DNA of 64,000 bases from Priapulus caudatus (GCF_000485595.1 NW_014577076.1:1338088-1402087); one strand, 5' to 3'. Shown: positions 39,238-52,995, numbered from the stretch's first letter. Numbers and translations: made by a program. The notes: generated by a model from the letters alone, not told the origin.

Positions 39238-41324
39238 GTGAGCGTCCCACCCTACAACCTTCAAACATGCACGCTCGCACGCGCGCGAATACACACACAC
39301 ACTAGTCCCAGCTACCATGTGCAAACTGGCACCTGCCCTCACTAAACAGTGCAGTGGTTTCATATACCCCTCCTGTACGTCATTACACGCCAGCTCTTCT
39401 TCGTCATAAGTATGTTATGTATGTTAAGTATAATAATGTTTCCTTGGCAATCCTACACATGCTATAGTCATTTCCCTAACTTCGCATTTGCAGAATTTGT
39501 TTTTTGAAACTAGATTGACTCCTTAACGTCCCAGAAGGCTGAGCCAACAAGGAATGACGTGCGTAGTCAGTTTCCCTGCAGATAGCAAATATTTACAGTT
39601 ACATACATCTTCATGCAGTTCTGGAGCGCCCATCCCCAGAGATACTCGAACATTCTCTAATGTCTTCTGTCCTTAAACTAATGCTGTGGTAGTCGCTACC
39701 TGTTGATCATATTAAGGTCTTGCATTTTCCCAGCTCCTCCAGCGATTTTTCCTCTCTCGCGACGCCGAGCGAGTGGCAAAGTGAGCGTTCAATTCAAGCC
39801 CACCAGGTTGATGCGACATGACGTCAAAACGGGCAAGATTTTCCATCAGCGCCGTTCTCTGTCGAGCGTAAAATCTCGGCTCTTAACATTTTGAGTAAAC
39901 CGATCCGCTGCTACACGGCGCAATCAAATCTTGCGTGCGTCGATATCTGTCCCGGAGGGCTGATCCATTTGACTGCATTTTTGAGGCCTTGCAAAAAGCT
40001 CTATTGGCATGTGGAGGCGGCGGTGCGGCCCTCGAGGGACATCCTAACATAGATCAGTGGAAACCTATGCAGCATCTAGCTACGTCGTAAGCCACGGTAT
40101 CATGAGTGCTTTATGGTAGCTCCACCCACAGGCACGGTCTTGTTCACGAATGAGACAGGCCGAGAGCAGAGATGCTACAGGCTATGTTGTCTCACGGGTT
40201 GGTTTCGTGTGTCAGACGAATTCAATGGGTTGGTCCCAGCAGCCAGCTTAACTTCGATTCTCCATCACACGTTCATTTTCAGTGTGGTAGAGAGGGTGCA
40301 ACTGACCTGCTGGGTGCACCAGCAGTCTATGAGCCATCAGAAACCTGCTGTGGGCACCTCGTATCTAGTGCTGCGTATGAATTATTTATAACTGCCAGAA
40401 TCACCAGTTACCTATCCAAGTTGTGCTGGGCTGTTTTCCCACAAAATTAGTGTTTAATTTCAATATATTCAATATATTGCCCGTACACAACATAACCAAC
40501 CCTGAAATGTTAGCTTGAATTACAGAAAACTATAGATCATTTGGCAGTGTCCTTTCTGAAATGTAAATTAATTATCTCTCGAAACATTCAAGCGAGAAAT
40601 TTACACACTTAACACACTTATGCATGTTAGGTAATAATGTTCACCATTATTCATAAAATTGTAAGGATTTCGTTGGGGATAGTCTGGTAGTGGCTGAGAA
40701 GCATTAATTAACCAGGAAACGCACAGGAAAATTATTTCCAACATGTAAATTAAGCTGAACATAGTGCTACAAACACAAGTACATCTAATTCTTGAAGATG
40801 AACAGTTTATCTATGAACTCTTTTCATTCCCTTATGGCTGTCTGCATCCAGCAACAAATTCTCGCCACCCCTTCTCATCCAGTACCCCTAACCTTGTTTA
40901 TATAACCGTATATCCTTACTACTGATGTTTTTAGAAAGTTCGAGTGTTTATTCTACTAGTCTTGCAAGATGTGAGCAGAACAAAATGAAAGTTAACTCAC
41001 TGCAGATGGCTAATCGATATGTACGATCGTTTGGAAGTGTTGTTAAGTAAGCATAAACATGTATTATTACTTAGGAATATTAGTAAGTGCTTAAAAACAC
41101 TGGAACAACACTTGGAAGAATTGTGAAGAAGAAGTGTAGAATTGTGAAACAACTCCTGTCGTATTAGTAGGACCTGCAGGAAAGATTATTAAAACTATGC
41201 TAATAAAAAATACATACGAGTGTGGGCATGTACGCAGTGCATGAAACTTGTTGTAAACATGTTTTATAGTATTTGAACTAATTGTTCATTAATGTTTTCA
41301 ATCACATTGCGTTTTGTTCTGCAG

Positions 41325-41461
41325 CAGCATCACTACCACCATCATAGGCATAACGTGGGTCAGCCTGGAGGGGGTGGTGAGGAGGTGGATGGAAGGCCCG
41401 AGGACGGAGACAGGCACATGAATGGACAGGCAAGGTCAGGTGTACACGACCAACATAGCAG
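41325..41461 (+). CDS. Internal exon, duplicate copy 1 (QHHYHHHRHNVGQPGG...)
   Basis: Acceptor ttttgttctgcag|, donor AG|gtaaca, 137 nt, phase 0-2. Confidence 0.72.
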
Positions 41462-41924
41462 GTAACAGTAATAGCATCTATGTAATGCAGTCTTCGTGTA
41501 GGTCTCAGGATATAGTGGTTGAGACTGCACTTCAAGGTAACACCCAAGTGTTGCCACTTCAGCGCTTGCCCAATGCTCGTCTCGTTTCATGTGCTGTAAT
41601 GCAACTGTTATACTACAGCTTATACTACATTATGATACCATAAGGGTCTCAAGCCACCTCTGATAATTATGTGTCGTAAGGCGTGTAAGGTCTCAAACCA
41701 CTTGATATACAAGCTAGTTAGTACCATTGCATCACATAGAAACCCCATCACAAATCCCATGGCCCGTTGTTAATTTAGAGGTAGGTTTAGAAACGTGTAG
41801 CACTGGGATATTTTGTGCTGCCTAGCATACTTGCTTAAATATTTGCTGTTATTATACTGGCTATTTCAAGAGATTATTGCCAAAAAATCATACAGCGTTG
41901 TCCTCTCCCTCCTGATGTTCACAG

Positions 41925-42575
41925 GCACAGAAAAGCTAGCAGCTCTTCCATATCCTCTGTGTCTCAGACGGCGTTCAGCAAGACGGAAGGCACTGATCCG
42001 TTGGTCGATCGGCAGCACTCGTCAGGTCGCTCCAGTGATAGCAGCTCACTGTCGCAGAGCCACGGCTCGCTGGACAGTCCACAGCGGTCATCCGACCCCT
42101 CGCGCGCGCCTCACAGCCCCCACCGGTCAGACTCCTCCCGCACCCCTCACAGCCCACACAGCCCTCGCCGGTCCGACCCCTCGCGCGCGCCGCTCAGCCC
42201 CCAGCGGGCAGACTCGGCCCACACCGCGCACAGCCCGCAGTGGTGTGACGTGTCGCGCACCCCGCACAGCCCGCTGCGCAGTGAGTCGTTGTCGTCGCGT
42301 GACGCGGTGTCGCGTGGCGTGGACGTCGCCGTTGCTGAGTCCCCGCGGCCGCAGCGCAGCGGGGTCGGCTCAGCGCGCCGTGGCTCTGACAGCGGGCTGC
42401 GTGCGCTAGAGCTCAGCATACAGACGGTGCCCGAGGACCAGGACATCGACGCGGTGCCGGCACCGCCACCGCCGCGTCGCGCCGCCAAGGAGGCGCCGAT
42501 GTCGCCCAGCTCACAGAGCTCGGCGCAGTCGTCGCGCAGCACGCCGGAGACGGGGGCGGCAGCTCCGCAGCGCGC
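41925..42575 (+). CDS. Truncated duplicate of the large Ser/Pro/Arg-rich exon, ending at an N gap
   Basis: Acceptor at 41924. Near-identical to 50139-50789 and stops at the 10-N gap 42576-42585. Confidence 0.65.
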
Positions 42576-42585
42576 NNNNNNNNNN

Positions 42586-42920
42586 CCTCCCTCCTCCTCC
42601 TCCTCCTCCTCCTCCTCCTCCTCCTCCTCCTCCTCCTCCTCCTCCTCCCCGTCCCCCAATTTTCCTTCTTCTTCTCCCCTCCTACTCCTCATACTTTTCA
42701 TCCCTCATCCTCTCCTCCTTGTCCTCCTCTTCCTCCTCTGCCTTTCTCACCTCCTCTGCCTTTCTCGCCTCCTCCTCCTCCTCCTCCTCCTCCTCCTCCT
42801 CCTCCTCCTTCGCCTTCTCCCCCTTTTCCCCCATTTTCCTTCTTCTCCCCTCCTGCTCCTGCTCCTGCTCCTCCTCCTCATTCTCCTCCACCACCTCCCC
42901 TCCTCTTTCTTCTCCTCGCA
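42586..42920. repeat. (CCT)n low-complexity tract after the N gap
   Basis: Direct inspection. Confidence 0.95.
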
Positions 42921-45900
42921 CTCAACATCATCATCATTACTATATCCTCACCACAACCAGAGAGACATGATACAAGATTACGTCGCACAGCGTTGCTGTT
43001 GATCAGTTCCGCGGGATATGCGCACGCGACCGCGGGGATGTTCAAGTATGAAGCGCTGTCCGCAGTGGAGACGTGCGCCAAATTCGAGGCCCGGCGCACG
43101 TCTGCACAGCGGTCAGCGGATGGTCTGTAGTTTTAGAAGATAACAATGAAGACTTTGTTCTAAATAAGAACTATCGGCGGCTAAATAAGAGCAATATACA
43201 GGCCTTTAAATTTCTTGACTAGTCAGTCAAAGGGCTTGTTGGGGGTCCATTATGCAGAGCTTCCAATTGAAATGGCCCATGAAATTGTCAATTGGAATTG
43301 TGTTTCTCGGAACCCCAACGAAAATGTCTCCCTCTTACATGCACCCCCTCCCTGATCAATCACGCGTTCAGGCGTCAACAATAACAGAGATGAACTTGTG
43401 TTGAGTTTGTGGCTCTTGACGCACGTGCATTGACGTACAAGACTGTTAAAAGCACAGGCACTTGGAACATCTCAATGAAAATAAATATTCACACAATTTT
43501 TCACAATGATCGACCGCCTGTGTGCAAAATAGGTGAACGTATGTGAAACATATACGGTTAGTACTTACTGCGTACGTAGCTGTGTGTGTGACGTCTTGCC
43601 CGCGCGCTTTATGCTTGGCTTAGCGGGCCTCGAAATGGATATCGGAGGCACGCACCTCGCAACACGCGTGTTTGTTTACATATAGCTTTGTGACATCAGG
43701 ATGGGCGGTGTCGGGAGTTCTGCGATGATAACCTCGTAATTTCTCAGCATTTCTTAAGGTGCATGGAACATTTTACCAATTTAGTGGTGTCAGTTAGTCA
43801 CGGATATGTCATTCATTGGCTAAAACAATCGAGTAGCGCGGTTAGGGATTTTCGGAATTATTTAATTTGAAGAAAAACCTCAATGTTCAATGAATGACGC
43901 ACTCGTTCACTTCTGACAGCGAGTGAAAATGCCGGAAATTTTCCACTTTGATGCGAAATGCATTGGCCGGGCATTTCATTAATTACGAAAAGTAAACAGG
44001 CTGGCGAAAGACAGTAGGTACAGTAACTGGTCACGTCGGTGACGCCCCATTTATGTTCATCAACGAATAAGGCGGGGCTTATTCTGATTACGGAGATGCG
44101 AAATGCAACAGAAGGACGTAGCGCAGTGCGCTAAACAGCATGTTATTTTCGTATTTGTGGCAAACTCTATCGTAGGAAACCGTTCTAACATAGCAGAATT
44201 CTCCTAGTTCCTGAGATCGGTGATTTGGTGGTCCAATGGGTCCCCATCTTTAAAAATATAAAAGACTGGTGCGGCGTAGGCTGTGATTGGAAGACACAAA
44301 GTGTCAATCCTCGGCGCGCCTCAGCATCATGGCCGCATCACGTCAAGTTACGAGCTCAGCCACATGGATTTATTTAATCAATCTAGTGGCAATGATCTGG
44401 ATATATTCTGAGTATACCGAAACAAGAGATCGCGCTGTTTGTTATAGCTAGGCTTAAGCCCGACACACGTATAGTACTCCTTCAAACTAACTATGGTTTA
44501 GCATTAGCAAGTGGAGTAAATGCAGCTGTTGCATCAGCTACGTATCACAGTGATCATGACCGGTTGTCCGCCCAGTCATTTGCGAGCAGCAGATGGAGCA
44601 GCGCTCCATGCGGCATTATCCAACACTACAACAGGCCAGCGAGCCACGTGCTTTGTGCCCGCGCGTTTGCTAATGGCAGGGCGGGAAACCTAATGAATTA
44701 TGCCTCGATAATGAAAACTTGATAAATTAATTACGAAGTAGAAGCATTAGCGGAGAGGTCCCTGTAGGAATTAGTGATTCAGATTCTGTTTGGCACCAGC
44801 CTGCTGGCCTGCATTGTCTGCCGCCGGCTCGGGCCAGCCGGGTCGACAATAACGTGCGTGCAAAAAAAACTCTGCAGATCCCTTGTATAAATGCGTAGCT
44901 GTAAGCGGAATGCAGGTTTTTGTGTAGTGGCGCTTGCTCTAGTGAATCCAGTGTGGTCAAGTCGTCGCTGTGCCGGCACCTGAGGGTCGCCTGATGTTGG
45001 GCGCTTGGTAGCAACAGTGAGCGCAGAATGGATTTCAGTATCTGGAATAGGCTGGTGCTGGTGAAGATAAAGAAGGTGAGGCGACTCATAGGCGCTGGTT
45101 GTCTCGCTGTCACGCGCATGTTCGCACGCACACATGCACGCACACATGGGATTCACACTAGAAATCTAGATGTCTGTATATTCACACAGCACAGTGCACT
45201 TTCGCGGTAAAACTATAATATTGATGTTTTAAAAATATGATTGAAAAGTGGTTCATCATATATAAATACTGTAATGAATATTGATTCTCTTATCGCCTCT
45301 CGTCGCTTTGGATTTTACATTCATCGACAAAGTTTGAATAGCTGTTGCGTTCATATAGCGACAGGCCCACTGTTCTAAAATTCCAAAACGCGAAATGCGT
45401 TTTATCAGGAAATAAATAATACCTAGGTTTTTATTTGCGATGTTATGTAGACTGGTTCCATGTGTCGTTGGCTAAGACCACTGGCTGATGTATAGCATAA
45501 CTTTAATGAACGTACATGTATAAAGCTAAACCTAAAATGGGGAAAAAAACATTTTGTAAAAGATATGAAAACCCTATGAAAAGTTTCAGCCATCACTAGG
45601 TTGACTCCGTAGGTTCTTGATAATCAAACTTATGGGCTCAGCCATAGAGACTTTGTAATTAATCTAACAGCTCATCATCTTTGTAATAACAAATTTCCCA
45701 TTTTAGAAAATGGATTTCCCCAAAGCTAAACGGTGCATGAAAAATTACCAATTATGATTTGAAATTGCCTCGGTTTCGTGATTGCATATGTACACCAGAC
45801 GTTAGTTTTAGCGACGATAATAAAATCTGTTTAGTTATGAGATAGCTCGAGCCCTTGTCCTGAGTTTTGACTGCAGTCCTGTAGCAGAGAAAATAAGCTG

Positions 45901-46640
45901 CATATCTAGCAAATAAACTCATAATTTCGTATTTGGATTTTGAGATAACTATAAACACTAGATATAGCTTTGCCGTGTGAGGAAATAAATGCGCGTAAAC
46001 TAGCTTTCTCTCACTTGGAACTTGTCGAAAAATGGAAGGGTGTCCAGTGGCATTATATTAGTCACCGGCACGGGTGGGGAGTATTTTGTTCGGATAACTG
46101 ATCTGATTGTAAATATTAAAAGGGTATTATTCACGGGACCTTGAGATCTTGTTCGGATAATCCGAAATTGGGATAATTGGTGTTCGGATAACCGAGGTTT
46201 GACTGTTTGTAAGAAACACCGTGGGTCCTAAGAAAAATGTCTGCCGTGGCGTGGCCTCGCTCAAAACGGTGTCTCTTTCCATGCTGGAATGGAATTAATG
46301 GAAATGGAATGTCACGAGCAGTGAGTTGCTGCGATGTTTCTTACATAAAGCAAAACCAAAAAGAGGCGGGGGCTTGTAATGAATGCATTTCTACCTCTGC
46401 ATGAACCTACCTACTCTCCGTCCCCCTGTTTAGGCGGTGTACTGATTTTTAAAGTGTTATTAATGCAATATATTATTCATCGGCGCCTTTAGAGTGCAAA
46501 CAGTCTGCCATGAATCTGACGCCATGTCAACCGGGAAGCAGCGTGCCGTGAACACGCTAAGCATATGGAAGCCGTGGTGTTAGATGAGAGACAGGGAGGG
46601 GGAGAGAGAGGGGGATGGAGAGAGAGAGAGCCAGAGAGAC

Positions 46641-46683
<43 letters not shown>

Positions 46684-47347
46684 CAGAGAGTGTCTGTGTG
46701 TGCCTGAGGTGTCCCTCCTGAGACTTTGTCTAGGGATTATTACGGGCTGGGCTAATGAATCGTGTAAGGTGAGGGCACGAGCTCCTGGCACGCAGCTGTT
46801 CGCTTGTTTTCTGCGATGAGCTGGCAGTTGATGACACTGATAACACGTGAGTGGTTGTGGCGCTAAGATGCGCGCGCCCATCGATTAACACATGTGGGTG
46901 TGTTTGTAATTTTGTATATCTCTGCTCCACCGTATGTGTGTGTGCGTGCGCTGGTACGCGTGTGCATGCGTGTGTGTACATTTGGGAGAGAGGGAGTAGG
47001 GGAGGACAAGAACGAGAGGGGTAGGAGAACAGGAGCAAGGGAGAGATAGAGAGAGAGAGAGCTTGCATATTGTACAATAAACAGTTCATTGCAAGTAAAT
47101 GTGAGGTACCTACATTTAGTGTGGATTTAAGAATAATGAAATAAAAGCAAAAATAAGCATTGTGCTGATCATTTCACTTATCCAATTATATTATATTACA
47201 TATTATACTGTCATTCGATAGTGCACTTCAATTTCTCGTTAATTATATAGTGCTTACTTAGCAGTATTGCGTGTGCAGGGTTGAGCCCCGCGTGACACAC
47301 TGTAGTGCCATGCATGTGAGAGATAATCGGTGTTTGTTTCTATGTAG

Positions 47348-47458
47348 AAGATGCCGCCGCCTCCCACGGAGGCAGGGAAGCCAGCACCGGTGCAGCGAGT
47401 CCAGCTGGTGACATCATCAGGCACACAGACTAGCCCCTCCCCTAAGCCAAGACGGAAG
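47348..47458 (+). CDS. Internal exon, copy 2 (KMPPPPTEAGKPAPVQRVQLVTSSGTQTSPSPKPRRK)
   Basis: AG/GT bounded, 111 nt, phase 0-0. Confidence 0.8.
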
Positions 47459-49538
47459 GTGAGCGTCCCACCCTACAACCTTCAAACATGCACGCTCGCA
47501 CGCGCGCGAATACACACACACACTAGTCCCAGCTACCATGTGCAAACTGGCACCTGCCCTCACTAAACAGTGCAGTGGTTTCATATACCCCTCCTGTACG
47601 TCATTACACGCCAGCTCTTCTTCGTCATAAGTATGTTAAGTATAATAATGTTTCCTTGGCAATCCTACACATGCTAGTCATTTCCCTAACTTCGCATTTG
47701 CAGAATTTGTTTTTTGAAACTAGATTGACTCCTTAACGTCCCAGAAGGCTGAGCCAACAAGGAATGACGTGCGTAGTCAGTTTCCCTGCAGATAGCAAAT
47801 ATTTACAGTTACATACATCTTCATGCAGTTCTGGAGCGCCCATCCCCAGAGATACTCGAACATTCTCTAATGTCTTCTGTCCTTAAACTAATGCTGTGGT
47901 AGTCGCTACCTGTCGATCATATTAAGGTCTTGCATTTTCCCAGCTCCTCCAGCGATTTTTCCTCTCTCGCGACGCCGAGCGAGTGGCAAAGTGAGCGTTC
48001 AATTCAAGCCCACCAGGTTGATGCGACATGACGTCAAAACGGGCAAGATTTTCCATCAGCGCCGTTCTCTGTCGAGCGTAAAATCTCGGCTCTTAACGTT
48101 TCGAGTAAACCGATCCGCTGCTGCACGGCGCAATCAAATCTCGCGTGCGTCGATATCTGTCCCGGAGGGCTGATCCATTTGACTGCATTTTTGAGGCCTT
48201 GCAAAAAGCTCTATTGGCATGTGGAGGCGGCGGTGCGGCCCTCGAGGGACATCCTAACATAGATCAGTGGAAACCTATGCAGCATCTAGCTACGTCGTAA
48301 GCCACGGTATCATGAGTGCTTTATGGTAGCTCCACCCACAGGCACGGTCTTGTTCACGAATGAGACAGGCCGAGAGCAGAGATGCTACAGGCTATGTTGT
48401 CTCACGGGTTGGTTTCGTGTGTCAGACGAATTCAATGGGTTGGTCCCAGCAGCCAGCTTAACTTCGATTCTCCATCACACGTTCATTTTCAGTGTGGTAG
48501 AGAGGGTGCAACTGACCTGCTGGGTGCACCAGCAGTCTATGAGCCATCAGAAACCTGCTGTGGGCACCTCGTATCTAGTGCTGCGTATGAATTATTTATA
48601 ACTGCCAGAATCACCAGTTACCTATCCAAGTTGTGCTGGGCTGTTTTCCCACAAAATTAGTGTTTAATTTCAATATATTCAATATATATTGCCCGTACAC
48701 AACCTAACCAACCCTGAAATGTTAGCTTGAATTACAGAAAACTATAGATCATTTGGCAGTGTCCTTTCTGAAATGTAAATTAATTATCTCTCGAAACATT
48801 CAAGCGAGAAATTTACACACTTAACACACTTATGCATGTTAGGTAATAATGTTCACCATTATTCATAAAATTGTAAGGATTTCGTTGGGGATAGTCTGGT
48901 AGTGGCTGAGAAGCAGTAATTAACCAGGAAACGCACAGGAAAATTATTTCCAACATGTAAATTAAGCTTTGAACATAGTGCTACAAACACAAGTACATCT
49001 AATTCTTGAAGATGAACAGTTTATCTATGAACTCTTTCCATTCCCTTATGGCTGTCTGCATCCAGCAACAAATTCTCGCCACCCCTTCTCATCCAGTACC
49101 CCTAACCTTGTTTATATAACCGTATATCCTTACTACTGATGTTTTTAGAAAGTTCGAGTGTTTATTCTACTAGTCTTGCAAGATGTGAGCAGAACAAAAT
49201 GAAAGTTAACTCACTGCAGATGGCTAATCGATATGTACGATCGTTTGGAAGTGTTGTTAAGTAAGCATAAACATGTATTATTTCTTAGGAATATTAGTAA
49301 GTGCTTAAAAACACTGACACAACACTTGGAAGAATTGTGAAGAAGAAGTGTAGAATTGTGAAACAACTCCTGTCGTATTAGTAGGACCTGCAGGAAAGAT
49401 TATTAAAACTATGCTAATGAAAAATACATACGAGTGTGGGCATGTACGCAGTGCATGAAACTTGTTGTAAACATGTTTTATAGTATTTGAACTAATTGTT
49501 CATTAATGTTTTCAATCACATTGCGTTTTGTTCTGCAG

Positions 49539-49675
49539 CAGCATCACTACCACCATCATAGGCATAACGTGGGTCAGCCTGGAGGGGGTGGTGAGGAGGT
49601 GGATGGAAGGCCCGAGGACGGAGACAGGCACATGAATGGACAGGCAAGGTCAGGTGTACACGACCAACATAGCAG
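49539..49675 (+). CDS. Internal exon, copy 2 (His-rich start)
   Basis: Acceptor ttctgcag| (CAGCAG tandem acceptor), donor AG|gtaaca, phase 0-2. Confidence 0.8.
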
Positions 49676-50138
49676 GTAACAGTAATAGCATCTATGTAAT
49701 GCAGTCTTCGTGTAGGTCTCAGGATATAGTGGTTGAGACTGCACTTCAAGGTAACACCCAAGTGTTGCCACTTCAGCGCTTGCCCAATGCTCGTCTCGTT
49801 TCATGTGCTGTAATGCAACTGTTATACTACAGCTTATACTACATTATGATACCATAAGGGTCTCAAGCCACCTCTGATAATTATGTGTCGTAAGGCGTGT
49901 AAGGTCTCAAACCACTTGATATACAAGCTAGTTAGTACCATTGCATCACATAGAAACCCCATCACAAATCCCATGGCCCGTTGTTAATTTAGAGGTAGGT
50001 TTAGAAACGTGTAGCACTGGGATATTTTGTGCTGCCTAGCATACTTGCTTAAATATTTGCTGTTATTATACTGGCTATTTCAAGAGATTATTGCCAAAAA
50101 ATCATACAGCGTTGTCCTCTCCCTCCTGATGTTCACAG

Positions 50139-51512
50139 GCACAGAAAAGCTAGCAGCTCTTCCATATCCTCTGTGTCTCAGACGGCGTTCAGCAAGACGG
50201 AAGGCACTGATCCGTTGGTCGATCGGCAGCACTCGTCAGGTCGCTCCAGTGATAGCAGCTCACTGTCGCAGAGCCACGGCTCGCTGGACAGTCCGCAGCG
50301 GTCATCCGACCCCTCGCGCGCGCCTCACAGCCCCCACCGGTCAGACTCCTCCCGCACCCCTCACAGCCCACACAGCCCTCGCCGTTCCGACCCCTCGCGC
50401 GCGCCGCTCAGCCCCCAGCGGGCAGACTCGGCCCACACCGCGCACAGCCCGCAGTGGTGTGACGTGTCGCGCACCCCGCACAGCCCGCTGCGCAGTGAGT
50501 CGTTGTCGTCGCGTGACGCGGTGTCGCGTGGCGTGGACGTCGCCGTTGCTGAGTCCCCGCGGCCGCAGCGCAGCGGGGTCGGCTCAGCGCGCCGCGGCTC
50601 TGACAGCGGGCTGCGTGCGCTAGAGCTCAGCATACAGACGGTGCCCGAGGACCAGGACATCGACGCGGTGCCGGCACCGCCACCGCCGCGTCGCGCCGCC
50701 AAGGAGGCGCCGATGTCGCCCAGCTCACAGAGCTCGGCGCAGTCGTCGCGCAGCACGCCGGAGACGGGGGCGGCAGCTCCGCAGCGCGCGGCGCCGCGCA
50801 CGTACGGCAGCGCCGACGAGACAGCCGCCCTCGGCGGCGCCAGCTTCCAGCGCGGTGGCGCGAGGAGCGCGTCCACCCGCGCCTACCGCTCGCCGCAGGT
50901 CAGCCGCCGCTTCCTCGACTCACACAAGTACGCGAAGGAGTTCCACGCGCTGCAGCATTGCGGCGGCGACGCGGCAGCGCTGGTGGCGGCGTCGCCCGCT
51001 GAGCATTCGGCGACGCTGCAGCATCCGAAGTGCAGCGAGCACTCGCGCAGCGCGGCCGCGGTCGCGCGCGGTGCGGCGATCGCGCGTGGAGGCGCCACCG
51101 TCGACGCCGCGCGCTCGGAGCGGCTGCGCAGCGCCGAGATCACGAAGCTGCGCTTGGCGAGCGGCGAGCATGCGTTGTCGTTGTCGTCGCCGCGGGAACC
51201 ACAGTCGCAGCGTCTCGTCACCGATCAGCAGCCGAAGATGGCGGCGGTGTCGCTGGCGCAGCACCGCACGCACCTCGGCAAGCAGGAACGCAACAAGCAA
51301 CATCGGCTGTCGCCCGGCGACTACTCAACGCTGCAGCATCTGAAGCCAAAGCAGACGCCTGCCGCACCGGGTCACCACGACTACGCATCACTGACACTTC
51401 AGGCGAAGAAGCACGCGAAGGAAGCTGAGGACATCGCCGCGGCATCGGCCAAGTACCACATGTGCAAGACCCTCACCGATACGTCTCCGCCCGGCCATGC
51501 CCCCCGACCTCG
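50139..51512 (+). CDS. Large internal exon (1374 nt), Ser/Pro/Arg/Ala-rich
   Basis: Acceptor gttcacag|, donor CG|gtatga, phase 2-2. Lies in the frame of the 471-aa ORF and is GC3-rich. Confidence 0.85.
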
Positions 51513-52266
51513 GTATGATATTACTGTCAGGGGGCGCGGTCCATCCGTTGCCCTACTGATGTTCTGTCTGGCATTTGTGATTTTGTAGTAGAGCGAATCT
51601 TGTAATCAATTGAGTTTGTGCATTGGTTTGGGTTGTGCGGCTTGATAAATTGTGTTTCTCAGGGAAAGTTTTTCATAAATCTAATCTTTTCTAGTGTAAA
51701 TCGAATGAGTGGTACATCTAGCTCTCGATTTCAGAGCTTTATGTGCGTGAGGGGTGGGGAATACAACTATATGTTAGAAATAAGTTGACTGAATGCATTC
51801 ACTGTACTGCAAGTATAAGGTATTTTACCAGGGGTGTTATGGAAAAAAACTATATTTTTGTGAATTCCCCGTATTATTACAAGTATGGGAACCATTATAT
51901 GAACCTGGTAAGACTACCATGGGTCAAAACTAGTTGTTCGTCGCTGGCGTGGCAATGAGCTTTACAGCCTGTGTTCAGTAAACAGACAGCTCATAGTCCC
52001 AGCTCAATCATTCTCGTTTAACGTACCATTTTTCCTTGTTCCTTTTTTTGGGCGCTTCTCAGTTCAGCCATTTCTGCTTCTCATCTGTGGGCAAATGATT
52101 ACAGCTCATGCATTAAATATGTGCTAATAAATGTATTTACAAATTCCAGAATCGTATAACTGTTTAGTGCAAGTTTGTTATCTAAATATTTTCGATGCTA
52201 TGTCCATAGACTTGTATTATATATGTGCCTAGTTACTGCTACGTGTCTTTCTGCTTAATCCTGCAG

Positions 52267-52490
52267 GACGTCAATGGAGCAGCATCAGAGATCGCTATAC
52301 CACTCTCCACCTCTTGCTGCCACCACGAGTCCCCCGATGTCGATCGCACAGGTGCGACAGACGAGTCGGGATGCGGCGATGACGACATCGCTGTCCACAT
52401 CATTCCCCAACCAGGCGTCCGCGTTCTCGCTCTACCAGGGTCAGCCCGACAACGTAGCACCACTGTCAATGTCATACACGGGTCGAGAAG
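52267..52490 (+). CDS. Internal exon (TSMEQHQRSLYHSPP...SYTGRE)
   Basis: Acceptor ttaatcctgcag|, donor AAG|gtaggc, phase 2-1. Confidence 0.8.
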
Positions 52491-52995
52491 GTAGGCTGCT
52501 GTTACGGAGTCGTCAGTTGTCGTTAGCGGCGCTGCTGGTTATGATGTTATAGCTCTTCCACATTCCATGACTGAATGCATTTCGCTGGACTGCGTCAGCA
52601 GAGATTTTGGTTGTAGGGCGATTTCTGATGTTGTGCGTCGTTATCAAGGAGTCCGATGAAGAGTAAAGTTTTGTACAGTTTGCGATAACAGTTCACAGGG
52701 TATGATGTGTGAGAGTAGGGCATAGTATGTAATATGGTAGCTTACTGCTGTACCATAGGGTAGGTTTCTGGTGTGATCATTATGGTAAAATCCATAATGT
52801 ATTCAATATGGTAAAATCAGGGTTATTGTAAAAGTAGCGGTGATGGTCAGTTGTCTCTTTCAGGCAATAAAAAGTCCCACTAGTCTGTATGGTTAACATA
52901 TACATGATACGTCTAGACTCTAAAGGGAGCATTATGTGTAGGGATAAATGTACAGGCTTCTGTTATGCCCTCCCTCATTGATTTGCTGTGTATAG

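Larger units (their letters stand above)
31955..50789 (+). other. ~7.8-kb near-identical tandem duplication (31955-35558 + 38472-42575 versus 42958-50789)
   Basis: Offsets of 11020 and about 8214-8221 between identical ORFs in the ORF track; sparse SNPs and indels; junction at a 10-N gap. Confidence 0.92.

Noticed and set aside
39712..39990. Possible TTAA-flanked (Kolobok/piggyBac-like) MITE
   Set aside because: Only a weak terminal match (aaggtct/aggcctt) and no right TTAA.
42586..43002. Poly-Ser/Leu C-terminus of the 347-aa ORF
   Set aside because: Read-through across an N gap into (CCT)n; the intact exon is at 50139-51512.
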